A DNA stretch of 64,000 bases, from contig JBAYVF010000007.1 in NCBI GenBank assembly GCA_041674705.1, positions 1,322 through 65,321 of the forward strand, written 5' to 3'. Under the pieces are notes generated by a model. The model was not told where the DNA came from. It searched no databases and saw nothing but the letters and a program-made list of their open reading frames with translations. How positions within the stretch are numbered: the first letter of the stretch is position 1; each line of letters opens with the position of its first letter. The DNA comes from Candidatus Omnitrophota bacterium (GTDB lineage: Bacteria > Omnitrophota > Omnitrophia > Omnitrophales > Aquincolibacteriaceae). This document shows positions 61,801-64,000 of the stretch, one piece after another. Both the position numbers and the translations under genes were made by a program.

Positions 61801-64000
61801 GACAAGCTTTACCAGTTCGTTCCAAGAACTCTTGGAAGCTTCCCCCTTGACCAAGTATCCCTCGGGCTTGTCACTCTCAAGCGCACGGAATAATTTAATG
61901 AGAACATCGTCATAGATCTTCCTTTTGTTGTCAGGATTCGCCAACGCCCCTTTGCGGTAATTCCCGACTTCCTGCAAGACGCCGTTCTTGAAAACATATT
62001 TTTGGAGTCCCCTCACAGCATAAATAACCAAATGATCGAGAGCGCTCCCCTTGAAACGGTGAGCGTTTCTGACGCGAACCGCTCCCTCCCCTTCCTGAAT
62101 GAGAATATCGCTGACAACGCGCGGATACTGGACCTTGACCGATTGACCGCTGTTGATCACGACCAAGAAGTTCTGCTCTAAAAGGTATTGGATTTTTTTG
62201 CGCATGGATTCGGAGAGAAGTTCTCCGTGCGGGGCGATCGTTTTGTCCACATCCAGAATAACGGCGCCAGGTATTTTTTCAAACGTCTTGGGTTGTATCA
62301 GGGTCGTAGCAATGCGGGGTATCGAAGATATGCGCAGTTTCGCAAAAGCCCGGCTTGCCTCTTCAAGTTCCCGGATATCCTCGGATGTCCCGAGCTTTTT
62401 GACCGCGGCAGTCATCATGACGCGCTCTAATATAGCTATGTTTTGAGGACTTCTAAAAAACTGGAGAGCCGTATTCTTATAAATAGCCAGGTGGCTGGCA
62501 AGCTCTTCACCTTCAAGGTCCTCCGCAAGAACGTCCCGATCCAATCCATCGGTTTTGTCCGTTGCGCGAAGATCCAAGAATTCCAGATTCGGAGCACCTC
62601 TCTTCCGTTGACGCGTGATCCTTTTGACAGCCTCTTCTTCTTCGGAAGAAAGGACATAGACAAAAAACCTGCTCGCCTCATGATCATAAACTTCGACCGA
62701 GTTTGCATAGAAAATTCCGTGCTTATCATCATAATAAGGGGGCCCTTCAAAATCAGAACGTGCGACTTTCCGTATTCCCTTGGTAATGTCCTTCAGTTCC
62801 AAAAGCCTTTTGTCATCCACCGCCACACCTGTTTCGCTATGAATCAAACGCTTAATGGCTTCCCGGAAAGAGGGATCGCCGACACGCAAATGGCCGGACG
62901 CGGAAAGATTCCTTTCGCTTTCAGAATCCCGCTGCATAAGAACTTTTCCGTCCAGTGTTGTAAGAATGGCATGAACCGTAGCGTGGAGCGTCCCTCTTTG
63001 GTGGGCATCAACATAAGGCACTGAGGTGTCACTCAGAATCAAAGACCCGTCTTCCCCCTCGTCAACGGTCCGGATCATAGCTTCCTCGGGAGACCGCATA
63101 TTATGGATCCACCCAATGCGTCTTTTTGTGTTCACAAAAAGCCTTTGGAGAGGCCTCGTCTTCTCTTCGATCTCCCTGGATGTCTTTTGTACACCCTCAA
63201 TATCAGACGGCCCCCGGATCTTCAATTTTTCTCTCAGACTGTTTTGTAGTTTGCGATACTCTAAGGCCGCCCTGGAATAAGCGGCGAGCGCTTCTCCGTA
63301 ATACTTGCCTTTTTCATACTTTTCCGCTTCTGCAAAGGCCTTTTGCATCGTCCGGAGACTCCCCTGAGACATCCGGTCTGTTTCGTCCTGGAAGTTCCTT
63401 GAAGGAGGTTTTGTCTCCGCGACAACCCTTGCTTCAGAACGTGAAGACGGAACGGCCACACGTCTCCGGACCCACGTTTCCAGCCAAGGCAGAAAAGCGG
63501 CGTCTTTTTCAGATTCCTTTGTTAAAAAATTCAAAAATTTATTGATGCGCGCCGCTCTCGGGGGACACGCCGGGCACATTCTAGAAGGGTCCATCCCATT
63601 GAGAGCGTCTTTCCTGCCTTGTCCCTCCCAGATTTCCTTAAAAGATTTTACGGTAAGGTTTCCAAAACTCGTGTTCGACAAGTGAGCAACGTGACAGCAA
63701 GGAAAGATATTTCCTTGAGGGCCAAGGATCGCCAAAAAGGCATGCGCGGGGCAAGATTTAAAGTTGGGTTTTTCGGTGCCGCTTTTTGTTTCATTGGTCA
63801 CGAGGATCCTGAAGTTGTCCCCTTCCAGAGATTTGAGCTCTTCCAAAAAGACGGCGATCTCACGCCCCTGGGCCTTTGTAATACTGTTCGCCGCGACACC
63901 CTCAGGAGCCCTAACCCTTACATAGTCAGCCCCGATGCCCTTTGCCATTTTGATAAAGGCCGGAAGTTCCCTGTAATTCGCGGGCCTCAACACAAATCCC
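43813..64000 (-). CDS. Giant multi-domain ORF (at least 6,729 codons; N-terminus off-window)
   Basis: The minus-strand frame has no stop from the window edge (64000) to the TAA at 43813-43815. Recognisable domains occur along its full length, which argues that it is real coding sequence. The ORF-track start at 63993 is only an internal GTG. Confidence 0.9.
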   Translation of the reverse strand, partial: GFVLRPANYRELPAFIKMAKGIGADYVRVRAPEGVAANSITKAQGREIAVFLEELKSLEGDNFRILVTNETKSGTEKPNFKSCPAHAFLAILGPQGNIFPCCHVAHLSNTSFGNLTVKSFKEIWEGQGRKDALNGMDPSRMCPACPPRAARINKFLNFLTKESEKDAAFLPWLETWVRRRVAVPSSRSEARVVAETKPPSRNFQDETDRMSQGSLRTMQKAFAEAEKYEKGKYYGEALAAYSRAALEYRKLQNSLREKLKIRGPSDIEGVQKTSREIEEKTRPLQRLFVNTKRRIGWIHNMRSPEEAMIRTVDEGEDGSLILSDTSVPYVDAHQRGTLHATVHAILTTLDGKVLMQRDSESERNLSASGHLRVGDPSFREAIKRLIHSETGVAVDDKRLLELKDITKGIRKVARSDFEGPPYYDDKHGIFYANSVEVYDHEASRFFVYVLSSEEEEAVKRITRQRKRGAPNLEFLDLRATDKTDGLDRDVLAEDLEGEELASHLAIYKNTALQFFRSPQNIAILERVMMTAAVKKLGTSEDIRELEEASRAFAKLRISSIPRIATTLIQPKTFEKIPGAVILDVDKTIAPHGELLSESMRKKIQYLLEQNFLVVINSGQSVKVQYPRVVSDILIQEGEGAVRVRNAHRFKGSALDHLVIYAVRGLQKYVFKNGVLQEVGNYRKGALANPDNKRKIYDDVLIKLFRALESDKPEGYLVKGEASKSSWNELVKLVRLSPPTKHDRDTQLMFRINGLEKSDRPKEVLSFIKEIIAREIEKLGISGLGVLAFDLNGIEITPEGVSKAAPIEDLFQDGLMDLNDAVYFGDEFKKDESDYPIIQFSRKKKQQESDRGQLVVFSVDERGGGERARGAIWFGKGPAATEEALGRLVNGLEALRNKTFKEKQEAFKTWKAEIGRLATDTSRKRSEAREEEVNGEPAVKLQVGEHRIEAWTKDDLTQGLKEWQKLGILPPETELEIDVAAKYGVKVGPDQFLVVKHNGGAESDGEVLLWNDQSKLVSWIIGIMKEKRDQERMAPPAAPQTPKIFGSQQPVFQKSVQGNTVQIFPVEGHEKELAAVKDPILLGSGEQSFFVKVKVAEKNLKNNHNPFGFGTSGGILTETILKQKTDFGVVLSVAREWQRQRSETRNDEPFPDIEKDLKYLLNLGEHTADTLAKHEHYLDHGRRIDAARQKEEIVRAISRVERAMREEADLLEKAKRGFDALERQDHDFHPVDPAWLDRRDIPVSDVARSFLEAAASEAGMWLKQWMKTEPEILKTIPRISRENTVIRAEGFLSFLRAGNMALDLSFHKLNATFFDAPTLKRDTGESGVTSYYLANGVPKPFLSQEEFFGLALKAYPGHEARAKGVATVGDLLTKEGFGEIVSEGLPFILETYFFYDETSSTIEMATRVVNPKLLEDKLRFNAQGEWIPPAGKLPMLENVSEKGKKLVLIVHYYPFKSSGELSHEERVPLIVLSRGREAKIWSPGTEEIQPLTAQLPEKAVRSEVRGGETAQAAMNVALREALEELDAWMQIRRDDKRALDKAGEVLGRTAKNSPLYPGYQTAHAGAKKLLYDSDIRTQEVKAKVEALLQATSETLPEVQQKIAQSDPWDTTAEVQGDEMHSWKPYFGFVDKIVFAPGLAGAIIVPKSSLEEAKPVVTALSFGQEIPTSDPLEISPEGIPNGKLAGFDFLNRHTKTRAELRTANWTRLLIAGLIMLFSLVREIYAGTFGVPDKPAIVSTQPGDRRIFVKERNQDGTLGTNYAFTLKGVNWSPSSTNSNPDGDAAGFRQEFFKWYTNDIPKMADMGVNVARLYYDMGTNAQAKAVLDMFYKYGIKVILPVTAPFFNDTTNSSNIPVIVNAFKNHPAVFGWGIGNEWDINRYYGKFPTLDAAAQFTEETAQTIKSLDTNHPAVSFFGDPHIPKSETTKAWGTYHFLDPDIAAWGVPAGYYFSSTIINSWTPSVDIWGLQLYRNASFTDAFSQWARISTKPVFVSEFGADSFDHRILAENQEMQRDFNIGLWDEIFFNLAAERTNGIVSGVLGFEFQDEWHKGGNPGVHNYSTEYNYAQPDGNPGYNDEKWFGWFTISRQPKLVVPAFQQRFALNGHEAIPLVTNAELSVSSAGGEFGSAVFKIGGKTVYSRAGGDKGARGFNVAILDETTGIRIKDFKHFDTSYSDAEHTEFQSYLSELPAGAIVLFAISDDAGMWRGVASATRNLLRTSDWGSQEIQNVGVTSPWAMIAKKGTGRLAETSTTSPITATTTLNIEPNATRRPGFVPTEAPEVEGLKLTNGTFKVEFASQDAFVYRIEYRDDLKTGSWQLAQRGIVADGDQTSWIDDGSFTGGVLPAKRFYRVVAIDRVSRSEAREDAGTSKAAPAAQDLTEKIREIEKSHWPHNFSRLEIALHNGLPQAAADLVEKLELFRRTGAPIVEETIDHVNALRSEARGDQEKASLNAGMAWKILCNMTGAENALRFHGYVTLRELQYGLKEFAAILGIKADLSEPELKEAIDGLLAQQADGKRGMGYLRQAPIMAGRAEICYFFTDAGRDVFLTTAKDLRAARKTGQKQKNTISLLPVVGQAPAVVPLPEKATALPATINMALMAAAIGGPENLVTMVLSDEASVAALLGTQIWNDKNDLRATVTNVSFGQPNDETIKAARQLVAVIASRNPNSKAAKVVANVLMDRRIDAPRFMEIADELLRRTDPDLAENLESLLKGSRQVQFQSFQWLFDRILKEAEEALRDPENGTQHLLGARIILKQINRVVSALDKKDWTALRLHILVRFAERLSAEARRDDKLLMSVFLALYPDTARDFFLSVDTNFAQLSEVLENKDIESLLAQYGGFENFSQAIETLLSFACMAWPDSFFDYLKTRYPHAPVQIKASYLAAMRYGVASGVKTEGADGAARGTQREIVPERLLFVLENAIILAEETGPLVQRRVKMVLGGFGEAFIAYIGQGNRYAAYSDNQRSLLVEILLELAAGGLIPDGKQKVLPFILDEMSREKNEVIQQKILFADYFTNDFIGTLAEEQGKAVRKAIIEGYAIFRKNDLLVKNCQRIMAAFGMKAIEECYEFFRQRIELDYDMAMGVLTLGASAASIYQATTEADRKAFHRMVATVTRHTLEALQAKEAAIEDYYKLRKKISETYRDLEGLEGQVKTATENNKNVTYEVNKLSEEQDQAEKKNKYLESQRKALADHVAAGQSLIEAMERQVTWRQVMRQIAKDIRRFFSRPARQIGTPDIFADEDTFLEQAKRFVGERSEEVEQSLAKKIAIKVSGKPADKENSKKEKITLADFKGEFSVWQTLENLKKCRGALAEMSARLNGVAGEMIANRKRLMDLRPELDEAIAQQVAIADDFVTISDQFKKLTQNLEFMEGDGKKRVEENKQKTFRVTRDLFGVLRLFFRGPSIDANTVESSYRALRADDGEFLLTFLPLSTRERLSTAVPLQEIEEAFAKRVAFQAEHGIFKEELQEEVALFSEISAQGLMLPVSPEAVMFKTLIENLQKRKYLLDQTAAVAKIANELEMLRQKTRKTKERSFENVRRAAGVADALGDYMEEFLMMKFKGDTKTVGRLLCIFAMIEQEFGPEAAIEAIFARLSGEIGMNFIRPEEEVYEKPMTRAQLVEKWYRPYYFAIQELKEKVYETQKKLLEAEEGHGWDSGTNDAVLNYAMDLFRNPAVVTDMKRFIGNLAHEQIFIPWVLDWKRERDPSSKEEQKELALGAWTILGAMRVYLEQAPRVTTNVLKDVSGIHVPRQIAVLSYYFAKRINKIAEKLNQRESEQSLKLLERMRDIIGEDISVLEHGGEEVLVSIAIQEAITKLKKQLEHYTAPPAKGLPGGKPDMRLPGPQFGFLGIGESVSRALLNEREESETQDPTKRSELREDNWSDRLLEGVGKYDTDGYVRETTPDWHRMNVIAGIILDEIDRRPTAVSETIILDIAPGKFETLGISGPGINIKELLRRLVKMGLLQQEANAYALAVPREVFEIKTNQIRFIKERLEAHLAALQGQSHAGSRYLFQLISSYGNAVTQWPRFPVEASWPFLKAVALLTTDEKALLVKFIEDNKSRLTHVPLAGKVLLMLKPEPVKNWLSENAPNLIGRSIWYISPETWLAAGGLGRVGQFHTLGVKELIGDQAELIAFEPRYRYRFDAQGQLRRDVDYGKLPVPVEGISEKPDDILNLRLRKGSIHDRRDVPVAVYRGYNRYGIQVHLAEDLPAQDGGDPYYTKLLYRYGAEYGTAEWWEFAEFLAKASLIDLIRTETPIKKKLGAEYKYPVIWPNDGQSAFIAVFKRVLDDMARMPSDEIKRLLGDSGFELKDLLKALDEGISLEAALVHGTTHTFRNRPPNIGEDKIDGMRIDPKWKYLFRRFYKTDPTSGLIRSADSVNGVAAMHVQGIEHLDPETRILAITNGDDLESSSRVFQEIFKEESFQKKFPGADPWNPKPEEIVEAKKIAKTILKNDPRFKELDPEFENLDPEKIVIATSGRLVQEKTGLNRAFTDENIEYLVLQGVQVIIFGNIQAGYESRAMYDHLKGLQKKVNLMGPGRLFVATGWGIPEQRVVLAAEDVQVNDSDPVTEAAGFSETDGAANGALEITLPTPEGIYQQQGEILDFEKPASGNTVLATEESALGYRKAFERVIRKYKSNVKEFASFQAASKLLSQVLNSRLTAAAYLTEFSRSFARKEDPLGSLIDYVSGNEGEGQFFRSEWLRSSLVRAIETSKEAESVGSTNAHLRAFAMQSISAINDHNIVAVETGIREVTRSSGETWLDGLKISQWISEKLGLQDEERIQIRNAMTGEVYNTLTLQELKTRGLYLKLPAETHVQVLKITRAAVELEGGMPSTKQSLFYDYAMSSKDRETISGLIPEEFLGLFKKGAEDIVFWSPGSGYFPREKAPRSYDQTGFYAMVNKGGGRLFITVAALPCEVIQQEVSKEQLAGYHAFLHIPLSVDRNDLVLGVGFGRYEQIPGNHIDVTTEVAERVLKYWIENHLVRFAHAYGFEKIRIFQHRVSDSFLEKTGFVKAKERFNGSPALWEMKISKKIKETAKPASDLGEIRSSLRSLRSESEKKDVRSEMRLQNLKLISEDKIQINSWDELLAIAPFIYERINRETGGPVRWTTFTMNRKYGISHAGLGGGMIANGNDFRKILAEKIPSSPEIGEEMSFPAAVHVKEWGGEAELWVTHGRPAIEAQVIMKVFGLQAPAREPRDQKAKIEKSQADNHAKALAWINRAIPFVENEANEDLTIRDIDYKKLQGILQALKRFKADLETMPQKKVADPGDVELWKMVLRVYMEQSDVEELMASLSRGSAVVQPRDETLEQLRSLLRREALKSKEAEKLTQQPEQHKTVSPAPQAQGERRQKALRWIAHAMARAIAERNAARHASARFAGNRQEFEKWEMEYAEWKDISQKLGEFEDVAKTEPEDRIVAPENRAALEEKLNGLMGRAYAQKLLSALYPVSSATPPVQQAAAVSETLKKPGAYAILNDQNGARPQQAVSTESPESMIQRANTLGVTISGYMRQHDYNPAKEERLKSVVTAGHALLGEMNELSFKAKIHVGPKLPTGFNEAMERLSNSLKLRSEAREEGAKKPVNTQAAELIAEAVLSYFPDSDPKTMSGQMAGFIFAGKPTINELATVLSRSPAPQDFDSAKAMLTALWAAVTYGLTEGALPTIAGELLRSNSRDERLRIFQEYLLNKSTGQKLSAEVVETVLDQAEKLYRTDSPKMWAETSALELYLNRAYEVVEIDFADLDEALIVESIRSGKMLKLDLRNIPEKDAENTDRFGVFAARLDRFAHLFEKEVASKIGFRAMGLHLTATGELLKNSFRHGSKLDFQLPIFLWADLTGSKIEAYNLVKKEDGKSAEWVEAKKKAGKYLLGGAGEGLHIIEEAGLLYQRIPIVNRTTGTEFGARVTLWPNADSRSEARGTEETEKTLFSHGIDVTALAEKWNAASQGEWVLVVDDSGVFREAVVDLVRGERYSVVEAGDVVSALKKIKDKIAAKQGRPLIVTDNSMPLVRGSEWIRLMLEKFDTPRMVLLSAFDETDARKMAKALGVEGSATIRLLEKIKAFEELPPLLVRIKAALPEKTREEDQKKSDVAKASELIEETALGYFTALDQKTTVVQMVSFLSFGSPTINDLATTLSQSPSIQDFDSAKAVLAALWAAVTYGLTAGALPTISGELLSSTHPRDERLRVFQHYLRKMNGQELSPEVVETILAEVEKLYATPRSEARLPDGQARQELGATNEAQNTKNAGKVVLLVEDHHGEMRFYSSAIKQLFPATLVLEASNVKEAKLLLRKRGSEINVVVLDYHLVLVEKFQKMSLKAQHANSAAAVLDEIKQLGLTMPVIVQSRIPEAAVAALGEHGGNIKIQAKDIEKLIGALRETEALTSTKPRSETRQFSEKEKSRILWDLAWFGQYKKEGLERTKPEIREAIGRLQNTLNENRPAMEAFYKELTIGRLDGRVEIILALETINGKEMGNLLFLTKLFGEALEAKDFLKESEKPRSEMRTKVSDLPLPAKLQAFTMEKFVQENARLGGGTEQGLRGVTEKIMDGIISLFAYTLNAAEAAIARLPVSFAKKAQETLMRARFDAAKKALGIKTVQSGDAFILGREFALGQGFLAAVRTILGDAPVAVIAGDVTDRAFIEQFNAGLAPDRRIIVASEKNLSVARTALRKQVKTERMALKALLYGAEILKDQLSDITVQRITPRMFQNFLSLAGERIHFLVSEVQAQFALLRSA
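44890..45273 (-). other. Giant ORF domain: receiver (REC)-like domain 2
   Basis: KVVLLVEDHHGE...NVVVLDYHL...MPVIVQSR... Confidence 0.5.
45367..45739 (-). repeat. Giant ORF internal duplication, copy 2
   Basis: ASELIEETALGYF...PTINDLATTLSQSPSIQDFDSAKAVLAALWAAVTYGLTAGALPTISGELL...RDERLRVFQHYL...EVVETILAEVEKLY. It lies about 1.5 kb from copy 1. Confidence 0.85.
45841..46170 (-). other. Giant ORF domain: receiver (REC) domain 1
   Basis: WVLVVDDSG...PLIVTDNSMP...MVLLSAF... Confidence 0.6.
46282..46630 (-). other. Giant ORF domain: GHKL/HATPase_c-like ATPase (SpoIIAB-type)
   Basis: The N-box-like segment is TGELLKNSFRHG, the G-box-like segment is LLGGAGEGLHII, and the domain ends FGARVTLW. Confidence 0.5.
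46879..47250 (-). repeat. Giant ORF internal duplication, copy 1 (~124 aa module)
   Basis: AAELIAEAVLSYF...PTINELATVLSRSPAPQDFDSAKAMLTALWAAVTYGLTEGALPTIAGELL...RDERLRIFQEYL...EVVETVLDQAEKLY. A DNA stretch such as GGTAAGCCCGTAGGTCAC.GCAGCCCAAAGCGCGG is shared with copy 2. Confidence 0.85.
48960..49330 (-). other. Giant ORF domain: GNAT-like fold (tentative)
   Basis: FYAMVNKGGGRLFITVAAL...VLGVGFGR...HAYGFEKIRIFQHRVSDSFLEKTGFVK. Confidence 0.3.
49985..51730 (-). other. Giant ORF domain: GT-B fold, GT35 (alpha-glucan phosphorylase)-like, lacking the PLP lysine
   Basis: IWYISPETWLAAGGLGRVGQ...WPNDGQSAF...SVNGVAAMHV...TSGRLVQEKTG...TEAAGFSETDGAANGAL (50255-50305) aligns with the GT35 EASGT(G/S)NMKxxxNGA motif, with Asp at the Lys position. 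Confidence 0.55.
52390..56682 (-). other. Giant ORF module: ~1,430-aa predominantly helical or coiled region with no domain I recognise
   Basis: The module is bounded by the RSEAR (56683-56697) and RSELR (52375-52389) motifs. It is rich in E/K/A/L heptad-like stretches, e.g. YYKLRKKISETYRDLEGLEGQVKTATENNKNVTYEVNKLSEEQDQAEKKNKYLESQRKAL. Confidence 0.4.
56940..57200 (-). other. Giant ORF domain: beta-sandwich module ending in RFYRVV
   Basis: LKLTNGTFKVEFASQDAFVYRIEYRDDLKTGSWQLAQRGIVADGDQTSWIDDG...AKRFYRVVAID. Confidence 0.4.
57270..57660 (-). other. Giant ORF domain: ILEI/PANDER (FAM3)-like carbohydrate-binding domain
   Basis: RGFNVAILDETTGIRIKDFKHFDTSYSDAEHTEFQSYLSELPAGAIVLFAISDDAG...DWGSQEI. 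Confidence 0.55.
57700..58740 (-). other. Giant ORF domain: clan GH-A (GH5/GH72-like) TIM-barrel glycoside hydrolase
   Basis: LKGVNWSP...MGVNVARLYY...WGIGNEW (58381-58398; candidate acid/base) ...VFVSEFGADS (about 58022-58042; candidate nucleophile). Confidence 0.55.
58846..58893 (-). other. Giant ORF: internal signal-peptide-like / single TM segment
   Basis: HTKTRAELRTANWTR-LLIAGLIMLFSLV-REIYAG has a basic n-region, a 13-aa hydrophobic core and a small-residue c-region. It is the only strongly hydrophobic stretch I found in the ORF. Confidence 0.6.
61489..62271 (-). other. Giant ORF domain: HAD-superfamily (type IIB-like) phosphatase
   Basis: Motif I is ILDVDKT (Asp codon at 62251-62253). 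A large cap region follows, then motif IV YFGDEFKKDESD. Confidence 0.6.
62629..63021 (-). other. Giant ORF domain: Nudix/IDI-like fold (degenerate)
   Basis: HQRGTLHATVHAILTTLDGKVLMQRDSESERNLSASGHLRVGDPSFREAIKRLIHSETGV resembles the IDI-type Nudix layout. Confidence 0.4.
63514..64000 (-). other. Giant ORF domain: C-terminal half of a radical SAM enzyme with SPASM/auxiliary-cluster-like Cys pattern
   Basis: ...GADYVRVRAP...KSCPAHAFLAILGPQGNIFPCCHV...FGNLTVKSFKEIWEG...RMCPACP. The radical SAM core itself would lie beyond the window. Confidence 0.55.

Noticed and set aside
1-64000. Search for tRNA, rRNA, tmRNA, transposase, integrase or prophage genes
   Set aside because: No intergenic gap has cloverleaf-like sequence or rRNA-like conservation, and no ORF shows DDE, tyrosine or serine recombinase or phage structural motifs by eye. 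The absence cannot be proven without tRNAscan or Infernal.

Overview
The window has two parts. Positions 1-43.8 kb hold about 46 conventional, tightly packed bacterial genes. These include gpmA (partial), a signal-peptide-bearing rubrerythrin, hemW, a SulP transporter, and kdpFABC with a truncated kdpD behind a c-di-AMP (ydaO-class) riboswitch. They also include a DAACS symporter, an MFS transporter, a CHASE2-GGDEF protein, homospermidine synthase, an LpxL-like acyltransferase, rlmD-like, ygiQ and sodB. A long minus-strand gene string carries a gliding-type ABC/GldG cluster with thyA and folA. Further genes are a BI-1 protein, ggt, a split transketolase, an M24 peptidase, a GIY-YIG protein and an MqnA/MqnD-family gene. 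Positions 43,813-64,000 are one uninterrupted minus-strand ORF of at least 6,729 codons whose N-terminus lies off-window. By eye its product is a mosaic. The order is: radical-SAM/SPASM-like, Nudix-like, HAD phosphatase, an internal signal-peptide-like segment, clan GH-A glycosidase, ILEI/PANDER-like, beta-sandwich, a ~1,400-aa helical module, a GT35 (alpha-glucan phosphorylase)-like domain lacking the PLP lysine, GNAT-like, GHKL ATPase, and two receiver domains. The modules are separated 13 times by a short peptide motif, R-S-E-x-R, encoded with varying synonymous codons. The motif sits at domain boundaries and is the most unusual signal in the window; it may mark a polyprotein or module junctions. 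The conventional part is peppered with small structured DNA or RNA elements. One family is a GTACGG-rich palindromic repeat (about 10 copies, several translated in-frame inside genes, resembling Rickettsia RPEs). A second is a set of composition-skewed long hairpins at gene ends. A third is a three-copy leader element whose long-range stem covers the ribosome-binding site and shows a compensatory change between copies. I saw no rRNA, tRNA, CRISPR array, transposase or prophage. All domain and family calls come from reading the translations by eye, with no database search, HMM or folding program, so boundaries are approximate and family names are provisional.
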